DNA of 32,000 nt from Sneathiella marina (lineage in GTDB: Bacteria; Pseudomonadota; Alphaproteobacteria; Sneathiellales; Sneathiellaceae), in the NCBI RefSeq assembly GCF_023746535.1, contig NZ_CP098747.1:656364-688363 (forward strand), written 5' to 3'. Of this stretch, positions 1-8,370 are shown piece by piece. The first letter of the stretch is position 1; every line of letters begins with the position of its first letter. A model generated the notes under the pieces. That model was given only the letters and a program-made list of their open reading frames with translations, did no database searches and was not told the origin of the DNA. Position numbers and translations under genes: made by a program.

Positions 1-1
1 A

Positions 2-379
2 GGAAATATGCTGCCGTCTGTATTTTTATCCGGGATAATTGGCGTCGTTGTTATGTCCGTAATCTGTGTCAGCTTGGACCTGCCGTTACAGCTGTCAATC
101 AATGATGCAGGAATTTCAATGGCAATGGGCATGTTTCAGATCGGCGCCGGACTGGTTCTCTATACCTTCGGTTCCCGAACGGTTTCGGCGGCGGAATTGA
201 CATTGCTGTCCATGTCGGAAGGCATTCTTGCACCCGTATGGGTGTGGATAATCCTGGGGGAAACAGCAACAAAATTTACGGTTATTGGTGGTGCAATACT
301 ATTTGGAGCGATTGCCGTAAATGCGCTGTTCGGTGGGCATCGACGGCATTCTCGCATTTTGGAGGGAAAGGCAGATTAG
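2..379 (+). CDS. DMT/EamA-family transporter, C-terminal part (5' end lies outside the window)
   Basis: The reading frame is open from the window edge and the track ORF 8..379 is only its internal Met. The translation is a run of hydrophobic helices. Its tail (GILAPVWVWIILGETATKFTVIGGAILFGAIAV) resembles the second EamA repeat of the complete DMT gene at 13531-14379. Confidence 0.65.
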   Translation, partial: GNMLPSVFLSGIIGVVVMSVICVSLDLPLQLSINDAGISMAMGMFQIGAGLVLYTFGSRTVSAAELTLLSMSEGILAPVWVWIILGETATKFTVIGGAILFGAIAVNALFGGHRRHSRILEGKAD

Positions 380-383
380 GACC

Positions 384-929
384 ATGGATATTCGTAAGAC
401 CATGTTAGTAAAAGAAGTTATCGAAACGGACAGTTTTTTCAAAAGCTGTGAGCCGATCACCAGGGTGGTCATAATGGCTGTGGTCAAAAACCCTTTTGCC
501 GGACGATTTGCCGAGGATCTATCGTTGCTTTTCGATATTGGTGGTGAACTTGGTGAAAAGCTGGCGAGCGAAGCTGTTACGGCGTTATCAAGGCCTGCTG
601 TGAGCTATGGTAAAGCTGCCATCGTCGGTGTTGAAGGTGACCTCGAACAGGGAGGTGCTCTGATCCATCCAAAACTTGGCAAGCCTATGAGAGCGGCTGT
701 TGGAGGTGGTAAAGCCTTAATTCCGTCCAACGTTAAAATTGCATCTGTAGGCGGCTCTATTGATATTCCATTGGGACATAAGGATGAGGCATGGTCCTTC
801 GATCATTTTGACACAATGACGGTAATGGTTGCGGACGCACCGCGTCCGGATGAAATATTATTTTGTGTTGCCGTATCTGATGGCCCGCGGCCGCACCCCC
901 GCGTCGGCAGCGGCCCAATTACAAGTTAG
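384..929 (+). CDS. Amino-acid-synthesis family protein (DUF1185 / PF06684-like), 181 aa
   Basis: ATG at 384 is preceded by TAGGA. The track start at 321 would overlap the upstream transporter gene. The translation MDIRKTMLVKEVIE...GKAAIVGVEGDLEQGGALIHPKLG...IPLGHKDEAWSFDHFDTMTV matches my recollection of this small conserved family. Confidence 0.6.
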   Translation: MDIRKTMLVKEVIETDSFFKSCEPITRVVIMAVVKNPFAGRFAEDLSLLFDIGGELGEKLASEAVTALSRPAVSYGKAAIVGVEGDLEQGGALIHPKLGKPMRAAVGGGKALIPSNVKIASVGGSIDIPLGHKDEAWSFDHFDTMTVMVADAPRPDEILFCVAVSDGPRPHPRVGSGPITS

Positions 930-951
930 GCGTCCAGCATTTGGTTATTTC

Positions 952-2025
952 CTAACTGATCGGCATCTGTTGTGTGGCGCAATGGATACCACCTCCAACC
1001 TCTCCAAGTGCGTCGACATTAAGTGTCCTGATTTCGCGGCCTGGATAGCTTTTTTTCAGGGCTTCCACGGCAAGATAATCTGTCTCTTCGTCGCCAAAAT
1101 GCGCGGCGATGACCGCATCGTTGCAAACATAATAGTTGGCGTAAGAAGCAACGAAATCGATATTGTTGACCCGCCTTGTCCAGGGCTCAGGTATAACCTC
1201 TACGTCAAGTCCGTTGGCGACCAATCTGTCATGGGTCTCCAATGCCGCTGTGTGAAAAGGGTCTTCATTGTCAGGCCGATCCGGCAAATTAATCAAAACG
1301 CGGCCAGGGCCTGTAAATCGGGCAAGGCTGTCAATATGATAGTCGGTGATGTCTTCTCCCCGAACACCGGGAGCCCAGATCATCTTTTCTGCACCATAGG
1401 CGGCCAGTAAACGCCGTTCAATTTCCTTCAGCGATAAACCGGGGTTACGGTTTTTATTGAACCAGGAACTTTCATGCGCCATCAATAGTCCATTGCCATC
1501 GCTTTCCACGCCACCGGATTCACCAACGAGCCCGCTATCTATCACAGGAATGCCGAGTTTCGCGGCAACCATTGGCGCGACATTTCCATCTTTTTCGTGA
1601 ATTTGTTTTCCGCCCCAGCCATTAAATTTTATATGGCTAACAACAAGCTGTCCGTCAGGTAAGTGAGCAAAAAGCGGCCCTGAATCCCGGCACCACAAAT
1701 CCTCTGTCGGAATATCCCAGAGCTCTACGCCAGCAGATAAGAACTTTCGAGCATGGGCTTGCTGACTTTTAGCCGCCAAAAGAACAACCGGCTCAAACTC
1801 CGCAATGGTGTTGGCGATATCGGCAATCGTTTGTTGAAGTAAATCAAGGAATAGGATGTCCGGATGTACCTGGCGGTTGACAGGCCATTGCATAAATGTC
1901 CGTTCGTGCCGATCCTCTTCAGGAGGTACATTGAGTTTTGAAACAATCATGGAACCTGCGGCCCTTGCAATCAGATTGGCTCCCAGAAAGGCGGCGCTTG
2001 ACGCAAGCAAATCTCTTCTGTTCAA
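952..2025 (-). CDS. Agmatine deiminase / PAD_porph-family guanidino-group hydrolase with twin-arginine signal peptide
   Basis: TTG start at 2025 has AGGGA 7 nt upstream. The N-terminus MNRRDLLASSAAFLGANLIARAAG is Tat-like. The C-terminal GGGIHCATQQMP contains the catalytic-Cys motif typical of agmatine deiminases. Confidence 0.8.
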   Translation of the reverse strand: MNRRDLLASSAAFLGANLIARAAGSMIVSKLNVPPEEDRHERTFMQWPVNRQVHPDILFLDLLQQTIADIANTIAEFEPVVLLAAKSQQAHARKFLSAGVELWDIPTEDLWCRDSGPLFAHLPDGQLVVSHIKFNGWGGKQIHEKDGNVAPMVAAKLGIPVIDSGLVGESGGVESDGNGLLMAHESSWFNKNRNPGLSLKEIERRLLAAYGAEKMIWAPGVRGEDITDYHIDSLARFTGPGRVLINLPDRPDNEDPFHTAALETHDRLVANGLDVEVIPEPWTRRVNNIDFVASYANYYVCNDAVIAAHFGDEETDYLAVEALKKSYPGREIRTLNVDALGEVGGGIHCATQQMPIS

Positions 2026-2123
2026 CGAATTTCCCTAACTTGATAGGTCCACCAATGATAAAATGAAACATATTTACCGTGAAGAAAGCTGTTTAATCAA
2101 CTCACTTCACGGCGGTGTCTTTC

Positions 2124-3770
2124 TCAGGCGGCTTCTTTTGATCGATTTCGACAGTAACAAGAGGCATGGATTGGCACTGTTGCACGGGCGACCGCCTGGT
2201 CGAGCATCAGTTTGATATGCTTGGATTCCGTTTCTTCACCCCGACGGTCTAGGCATTCGTGCAATCCATGCAAACTCCAGACATTCCGTGGGTGCTGGCA
2301 AGCTCTTGCCAATGTACCATCGAGCCCTAAATCGGCCCTGTAGATTGCTTCCGCTTCTTCAAATTGCCCAACTTCCATGAGAAGGGCACCTAATGCATGT
2401 CGTGTCGGTTGCATCCATCCCCAGGGCTCGTCGTATAACAACGCGTCATCGAGTTCAACAGAGCGGCGCAAATGATCAAGGCCTTCTTCGATGCGGCCTG
2501 ACTTAAATGCCAGCTCACCATCCATCATTGCCTCACCAATGTTCAATACATCTTCGCAAGTGTTATTGAACACCATGCGTCCTTCCTGTACCGCTTTGCT
2601 GGCGGCAATGGCCAGTTTTCGTTCTTCTTCCGCCGCCTCTATTTTGCCAAGATTGGCGAATGCGATCGTTCGTGCCTGGTGCATTGCGGTTGTTGTGTAG
2701 CTATACAGTTCCCGATCTTCAGGAAATGGTTCATCCAATATCTCCTGCCACTGCCCAAAGCGGACCATGACGTGTATTTTTTTACCGTAAAATGATTCGA
2801 ATAATTCCGGCATAAAACGCACGACAGGCTCGGGAAGCATCCGCATCAACTCCTCAGAGGCCGCGAGTGCCTTTTCCGGCTGTCCCAAAAACATCGCGCC
2901 ATAGGCTTCAAAATGCACATTATGAATGCGGTAAAGCGTGTAGAAATTCTCTCCGCCAGCAATGGCTTCATATTTTTGATCGACCTGCGCCGCCCGGTGG
3001 TTTCTCCAGATCACATTCTGATATTCCCCGCATAAAACATCGATATGCGTGGCCATATGAACCAGATGTCCGCTATCCGGAACGAGATCAACCAGCCGAT
3101 CTCCATGCCGCAATGCTTTTTCCGGCACGGGCGACATTTCCATTAAGTGAATATACATGTGCAAAAGACCCGGATGATCCCAAGCTCCCGGTAATTCGTC
3201 AAAGGCGCGTTCGAGAACGGTTTGGGCTTCCACCGTAGAGGCCCCTTCATTCGGTTCACCCGTTTCGAGGTTCCACAGGAGCCAGGGCGTGCGGTTCATC
3301 AGTGATTCAGCAAAAAGGGAAGATATATCCAAATCATCCCCGTGGCTGGCATAGACTGTTCGCATAGAATCTGAAAATGCATCGTTCCATGGAGAGTAAT
3401 CTTCAATTTCGGGATCGTCCGGGAAACGGTCCGCCAGCGCGTCGATTAGGGCAACTTCAATGGGTGAAAGGCTCTCACGTAAGGCTTGGGCTTTTTCGAT
3501 TGCCACATGGGCGCGTTCCAGAGTGGCAACACGTTCGTCTGCCTCAAAGAATTCCCAAGGCTTGTTGTAATTTGGACCAATAGCGTAGGCGACACCCCAG
3601 TGGGCCATTCCGCAACCTGGATCAGCGGAGATAGCTTTTTCAAAACATTCCGCCGCGGCTTCATGATTATATCCGAATAGCCAAACCAGCCCTTGATCGA
3701 ATTCTGTTTTGGCTGTTGAAGACGATGTTGTGATCTCGCGAGAATACGAGCCAAGATCAAAATTGGTCAT
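2124..3770 (-). CDS. TPR-repeat protein of unknown function (548 aa)
   Basis: ATG at 3770 is preceded by GGGAGGGG. The sequence is helical-repeat-like throughout (AAAECFEKAISADPGCGMAHWGVAYAIGPNYN...; FEEAEAIYRADL). No catalytic motif recognised. Confidence 0.55.
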   Translation of the reverse strand: MTNFDLGSYSREITTSSSTAKTEFDQGLVWLFGYNHEAAAECFEKAISADPGCGMAHWGVAYAIGPNYNKPWEFFEADERVATLERAHVAIEKAQALRESLSPIEVALIDALADRFPDDPEIEDYSPWNDAFSDSMRTVYASHGDDLDISSLFAESLMNRTPWLLWNLETGEPNEGASTVEAQTVLERAFDELPGAWDHPGLLHMYIHLMEMSPVPEKALRHGDRLVDLVPDSGHLVHMATHIDVLCGEYQNVIWRNHRAAQVDQKYEAIAGGENFYTLYRIHNVHFEAYGAMFLGQPEKALAASEELMRMLPEPVVRFMPELFESFYGKKIHVMVRFGQWQEILDEPFPEDRELYSYTTTAMHQARTIAFANLGKIEAAEEERKLAIAASKAVQEGRMVFNNTCEDVLNIGEAMMDGELAFKSGRIEEGLDHLRRSVELDDALLYDEPWGWMQPTRHALGALLMEVGQFEEAEAIYRADLGLDGTLARACQHPRNVWSLHGLHECLDRRGEETESKHIKLMLDQAVARATVPIHASCYCRNRSKEAA

Positions 3771-3845
3771 TGAATTTCCCCTCCCGATTTACAGCGGTTT
3801 CGTTGAGGCATTTTAGGGCATCACGATCGCTATGTAGTTTTTTGT

Positions 3846-3857
3846 AATTGTACAATT
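3846..3857. promoter_or_regulatory. Perfect 12-nt palindrome AATTGTACAATT, candidate operator upstream of the TPR gene
   Basis: Read directly from the sequence, 76 nt upstream of the ATG at 3770. It shares the 10-mer TTGTAATTGT (3842-3851) with 5266-5275. Confidence 0.3.
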
Positions 3858-4031
3858 CTATCACAAATTAAATTAGAAATCTCTGAAGAAAGAAAATGCA
3901 GATTAACATCTCTTGTATTATCGTGATGTCGTCAAGGCACGCATATCAAGTTCCAGACAGGGTAGATTGCATGGATACATCAATAGCTGAGCCGTTCCAA
4001 AATCACTTGGCATGTAGTTAGTTAGCTTGTT

Positions 4032-5057
4032 TTATTCCAGTCGGTAGATCCGGCTGGCGGTATCGTGGAATAAATCGGTTTTTTCCGTGATGCTATAATC
4101 AGTTGTTAGCCGCTTAAAGGAATTCCACAAAATATTATAGCTGCAACTTACTTTGTCGACGGGGAAATTTGATTCAAACATGCATCTTTTTGGGCCAAAC
4201 TGCTCGATTGTATGTTCATAAAATCGCCTCGTAGCTTCCATCAATTCTTTGCTGCTGGGAGGTCGTTTTTGATGATGCCAGTCAAATCCGTTAATTTCCA
4301 TGTTTATGCCTCCAAGCTTTGCGACAACATTGGGGCATGAAGCAAGTTCAGACAGGGCTTGTTTCCAGGCCGGGAAATATTCGTCCTGCGTTCCTTTGTA
4401 AGGGCCAATGCCCAAGGGGCCGCCAAAATGATTTAGGATTATGGTTGTTTCGGGAAAACTCCGCGCAAGGTCAGTCAGTTGGGGTATTTGAGGATGATAA
4501 CACCATCCCTCAAAACTAAGGTTGCGCGATGCAAGATTTGCAAATCCCCGTCGAAATTTTGCATCCAGGTATAAATTCTCTTTGGTCGTTGCTTGAGAAT
4601 TAGGTACTTGATCGCTTGGATCCCAAGATGCGCGATGGCGAATGCCACGAAAGCGACCACCACCGGCTTCAATATGTGCGTCAAGTACAGCTCCAACGGC
4701 ATCGCCCAGTGTAAGATCGGCCGACCCGACAATTCCGGCCGCAACTCGCGCATCACCATAAAGACCCGACGCGCTCATTGCCGCGATGCCATTGACGAAT
4801 TCCGTTTCGCCAACTGGTTTCAGGGAATCCGGGCCAGCTGACCGGTACATAGAACTGCATTCAATAAAGACTGTGGAAACAATGTTGTGCCCGCTATTCA
4901 TATCACTCAGGATTTCATCCAGCAGATAGCGCTGTGCCACTCTCTCTACTCGAAAATCCCATAAGTGATGATGTGCATCGCAAATTGGCAGGTCCGGATC
5001 CAATGTTTCTTCGATTGTCTGGTTAAGCCAGTCTATGTTTGTCGGAACATCGATCAT
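4032..5057 (-). CDS. Amidohydrolase-2 family metal-dependent hydrolase (PF04909-like)
   Basis: ATG at 5057. The N-terminal metal-binding motif ICDAHHHLWD, a length of 341 aa and a TIM-barrel hydrolase-like sequence (ILNHFGGP, FESNFPVDK) support the call. Confidence 0.75.
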   Translation of the reverse strand: MIDVPTNIDWLNQTIEETLDPDLPICDAHHHLWDFRVERVAQRYLLDEILSDMNSGHNIVSTVFIECSSMYRSAGPDSLKPVGETEFVNGIAAMSASGLYGDARVAAGIVGSADLTLGDAVGAVLDAHIEAGGGRFRGIRHRASWDPSDQVPNSQATTKENLYLDAKFRRGFANLASRNLSFEGWCYHPQIPQLTDLARSFPETTIILNHFGGPLGIGPYKGTQDEYFPAWKQALSELASCPNVVAKLGGINMEINGFDWHHQKRPPSSKELMEATRRFYEHTIEQFGPKRCMFESNFPVDKVSCSYNILWNSFKRLTTDYSITEKTDLFHDTASRIYRLE

Positions 5058-5265
5058 TGTTATTTTTTCTTTCGCACTCTTTTTATCAGATTGTAGCCGA
5101 AAGAACCGGGCATTCCCAGTGGTATCAATTTGGGGAAAACGGCGTTCTGAAGCGTGAGAAGCCGTATTTTCGGACTGGGTTGCAATTAAATCCAGTCAAA
5201 TTGATCCTGCGCTGCTTAGTTTTACGGTTAGTCGCTCTTGCGTGATAGTATCTGGCTTAAACGAA

Positions 5266-5275
5266 TTGTAATTGT
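5266..5275. promoter_or_regulatory. Second copy of TTGTAATTGT in the amidohydrolase / TIM::cupin divergent region
   Basis: Exact 10-mer match to 3842-3851. It lies 75 nt upstream of the ATG at 5350. Confidence 0.25.
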
Positions 5276-5349
5276 TGACCCCGCTAACCTTGAATCCGAG
5301 ACGGACAACACCTATCGTTTGGGTCATCAAATCAAAAGGAAAAGGCAAA

Positions 5350-6405
5350 ATGGGACTACGGTTTATTTTCATGCTTACACGGAATGATAAGACTGTGGAG
5401 GATGCAGAACAACATCTTGCAACAGCGCTTGCGGCGGGAGTGCATCACATTGGCTTTAAGGATGTCGGTTTGCCGTTTGACCGGCTGAAGCGGCTAAATG
5501 AAGCCATCAAAGCAGGAGGAGCGACAAGCTATCTAGAAGTGGTTTCTCTCGACAGAGACAGCGAATTGGCGTCAGCGAAGGCGGCGGCGGAAATTGGTGT
5601 TGATATCTTGTTAGGGGGGACAAATGTTGATGCGGTCTTGCCCATATTGAAGGGCACTGAAATTCAGTATTATCCGTTTCCTGGACGTATCGAAGGGCAT
5701 CCGAGCGCCTTGACTGGGTCAATCGACGAGATAGTCGCCAGTGCAGTAGAATTAAATGCTCGGGACGGTGTAGATGGGCTGGATTTGCTGGCTTATCGCT
5801 CTTCCGAAAATGTGACTGGTTTAATGGCGGCTGTCTGCGCAGCTGTTGACAAACCGGTTATCATGGCGGGTTCCATTGGCAGCCGGGAGCGAATTGAGAT
5901 TGTTCGCAGATCCGGCGCAGCTGGATTCACTATTGGCACCGCCGCGCTGGATGGTGACTATCCTGCCGATAGCCCGGAGTTGGAGACCCAATTACGATCC
6001 ATACAAAAAGACGTGGCGGGCGTTAATAACCATCTTTCGCCTTTCGGACCGAAAAACATTGCTCAATCCTTTGCCACATTTGCCGACACATGGAACCCTC
6101 GGATTGCAGGGCAGGTGAATGATATGCACATTAAATTAGTTAAACTCGAAGGTAGTTTTGTTTGGCATCACCACGAGACTGAGGATGAGTTATTTTTTGT
6201 GCATAAAGGCAAACTCATGATGAAATTTCGAGATCGGGATGAATTTATCAATGAAGGAGAATTTATTATCGTGCCACATGGTGTTGAGCACTGTCCTGTT
6301 GCCATAGACGGCATATGCGAGGTGCTGCTTCTAGAACCAACTTCAACACTGAACACCGGTAATGCAGTTGATGATAGAACTCGGGTGAATCTTGAATTTG
6401 TTTAG
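5350..6405 (+). CDS. Two-domain protein: N-terminal TIM-barrel-like domain of unknown function fused to a C-terminal cupin domain
   Basis: ATG at 5350 has AAAGGAAAAGG just upstream. The track start at 5272 is a TTG with no RBS. The C-terminal ~110 aa carry cupin motifs (WHHHETEDELFFVHKGK ... VPHGVEHCP). The N-terminal ~250 aa show alternating beta/alpha patterning (GVDILLGG, VIMAGSIG, FTIGTAA). Confidence 0.55.
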   Translation: MGLRFIFMLTRNDKTVEDAEQHLATALAAGVHHIGFKDVGLPFDRLKRLNEAIKAGGATSYLEVVSLDRDSELASAKAAAEIGVDILLGGTNVDAVLPILKGTEIQYYPFPGRIEGHPSALTGSIDEIVASAVELNARDGVDGLDLLAYRSSENVTGLMAAVCAAVDKPVIMAGSIGSRERIEIVRRSGAAGFTIGTAALDGDYPADSPELETQLRSIQKDVAGVNNHLSPFGPKNIAQSFATFADTWNPRIAGQVNDMHIKLVKLEGSFVWHHHETEDELFFVHKGKLMMKFRDRDEFINEGEFIIVPHGVEHCPVAIDGICEVLLLEPTSTLNTGNAVDDRTRVNLEFV

Positions 6406-6474
6406 GGTCACAAAGGCTTAAGCAAAGCAATATATTGCAAATAAATGCCCGAAATGGGGCCAAAGAACGGCGCC

Positions 6475-6495
6475 AAAGGTCGAATTCGAACCCTT
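6475..6495. repeat. Imperfect palindrome/hairpin between the convergent cupin-fusion and ligase::ACP genes
   Basis: AAAGGTCGAATTCGAACCCTT is centred on TCGAATTCGA and needs one bulge. No adjacent U-tract. Confidence 0.25.
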
Positions 6496-6555
6496 AACAG
6501 TTGGAATTCCAGGTGGCTTGATATGAACTTTCTGGTTTAAAAAAAAGTGTTGCCC

Positions 6556-8370
6556 TTAGTCCGTGGCCTCTTTCACAAAGCTTATAGCGTCTCCTAACGA
6601 GGCAATTTGTGCAATCTGAGATGCGGAAAGCATAATCTCAAACTGGAGTTCGATTTCTTCGATGAGGGTCATATGAGCAAGAGAATCCCACCCTTCTGTA
6701 TTAAAGGGTGTGGAGTCTGAAGACAATTGCTCTTCTGGGACACCAAAGCAAAACGCGGCAATGGACAGGACATCTTTTGCTGATAAATTTTTCTTTTTTT
6801 CAAACTCAGGCGACGCGAGCTCATTCATTCGAACCTTACCAGACGGAGTTCTTGGTAATGATTCCAATATACGAAACTCACTTGGCGTACGTTCTGCGGA
6901 TAAATTTTCTCGGCAATAAGCAGCAGCGTCTGCCGAGGTAATCTTTTCCCCAGGTTTCGGTACCAGAGCAGCAACTAGCCGCTGATTACGAGTGACATCA
7001 GCCACGCCAAATACAACGGCTTCTTCTATTTTAGGCATATTGGCTAGGACACTTGTTACGGCTTCGGGGTAAATTGTGACTCCCGCCATGACAATTGCTG
7101 TTTTTTTCCGGCCTACAAACTTGAAAAGCCCGGCTTCTGTTTGCTGGACATAATCTCCTGTTAGAAATTTTCCATCTCTAAGGACTTGATCCGTTTGAAC
7201 TATATCGTTGAAATATCCCTTCATGACAGTTGGTCCTGAAATAGCTAACTCTCCGACTTCTCCTTGGGTAACCGGTAAGCCCTCCGCATCCAGGATTTGC
7301 ACATTGCACCCAACAGGTCTTCCAAGTGTGCCGATTTGGCGCGTCGTCTCGTCAGGTCCGGCAAATAGAGCATCGCAGACAACCTCGCTGAGGCCGTAGG
7401 CATTCACCACGGGTACGTTGAAAGTCTGCTCAAATCGTGTCCAAAGCTTATCCGTCAGCACATCTGCGCTTGAAAGTACAAATTTGAAATTAGGCTCTTG
7501 AAAGGCATGAACATTTATCTGACCAATGCGTTCTACTATGCTCAGCATTGCCGGGACGGAAATAAAATGCGTAATCTTCAGTTCTGATATAGATGCCAAA
7601 ATTTTCTGGATATTTTGAACAGAGAAAGGAATAGATCGGTGCACAGACCCGCCAAACCATAATGCAGTAAGCGGGCCTCTTATAATTCCATCCACATGGT
7701 GTAGCGGCAGAAAATTAAGTAATTTAATATCGGAATCAAATCCGTAAGCATCTGAAAAAATACCAAGCTGCGCAACTAAATTGGCATATGTTAATTCAAC
7801 TGCTTTTGGTAATGAGGTGGTTCCGGATGTAAAGACTAACATTGCGACTTCAGGTGTGTATTCGAATGTTTTCCGTGTAGGATTAGCCTGGGTATCAATG
7901 AGCTCAGCAATCGTCTGGGTGCCATGAATTGCAGGGGTTCCCTTGACTGTATCAGTCTGTATCCTTCTTGATGCAGGAATTTTTTCTATCACTGTTGGGT
8001 TTGATAATAAATCTGCATCTGCAAAAATGACTGCAGGCTGACACACTTCTAAACAATCTTCGATTTCGCTTCCCCTTACGTCACCATCGCCGATAACAGG
8101 TGTAAAACCTGATCGAAGCAATGACAGAAAAAGAACGATGATGGCACGGTCATTCTTTGAAAAAATAGCGACTCTATCGCCCGTCGAGAGGCCTAGGTTT
8201 TGAAAAGCCGTATCCAGGCTGTTCATTTCACGTAATAATTCATCGTAGGTCACTACGCCTTCAGACAAGTTGGCAAATACCTGACCCTCCCGAGCTTCGA
8301 GAATCCGGTCTACCCGGCTACAAAAATGGTGGAATGGCGCCTCAGGCGCTGAGTTAGTTGAATTGGGCAT
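6556..8370 (-). CDS. Acyl-AMP ligase (ANL adenylating enzyme) fused to a C-terminal phosphopantetheine carrier domain
   Basis: ATG at 8370 has AAGGGGTGG 3-11 nt upstream. The track TTG at 8397 lacks this. ANL core motifs are present: FTSGTTSLPKAV, NAYGLSEV, FLTGDYV, GRKKTAIVMAGVTIYPEAV, PRTPSGKVRMNEL. The carrier-domain motif is EGWDSLAHM, with the Ser codon at 6682-6684. Confidence 0.85.
   Translation of the reverse strand: MPNSTNSAPEAPFHHFCSRVDRILEAREGQVFANLSEGVVTYDELLREMNSLDTAFQNLGLSTGDRVAIFSKNDRAIIVLFLSLLRSGFTPVIGDGDVRGSEIEDCLEVCQPAVIFADADLLSNPTVIEKIPASRRIQTDTVKGTPAIHGTQTIAELIDTQANPTRKTFEYTPEVAMLVFTSGTTSLPKAVELTYANLVAQLGIFSDAYGFDSDIKLLNFLPLHHVDGIIRGPLTALWFGGSVHRSIPFSVQNIQKILASISELKITHFISVPAMLSIVERIGQINVHAFQEPNFKFVLSSADVLTDKLWTRFEQTFNVPVVNAYGLSEVVCDALFAGPDETTRQIGTLGRPVGCNVQILDAEGLPVTQGEVGELAISGPTVMKGYFNDIVQTDQVLRDGKFLTGDYVQQTEAGLFKFVGRKKTAIVMAGVTIYPEAVTSVLANMPKIEEAVVFGVADVTRNQRLVAALVPKPGEKITSADAAAYCRENLSAERTPSEFRILESLPRTPSGKVRMNELASPEFEKKKNLSAKDVLSIAAFCFGVPEEQLSSDSTPFNTEGWDSLAHMTLIEEIELQFEIMLSASQIAQIASLGDAISFVKEATD

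Noticed and set aside
321-383. Longer N-terminal extensions offered by the ORF track: 321 for the DUF1185 gene, 5272 for the cupin fusion, 8397 for the ligase::ACP, 25143 for the ALDH.
   Set aside because: Each extension lacks an RBS and would overlap the upstream gene or use TTG/GTG. An ATG with a good Shine-Dalgarno follows at 384, 5350, 8370 and 25140 respectively.
6475-6495. GGTTCGAAT-like string on the minus strand, resembling a tRNA T-loop, in the convergent intergenic region.
   Set aside because: The flanking bases do not form a 5-bp T-stem (AAGGG versus TCGAC). The sequence is simply part of a TCGAATTCGA-centred palindrome, with no cloverleaf around it.
6539-6546. An A8 run (T8 on the minus strand) 10 nt after the ligase::ACP stop, as a terminator U-tract.
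   Set aside because: I could not find a stable GC-rich stem immediately preceding it on the minus strand, so it is not a canonical intrinsic terminator.
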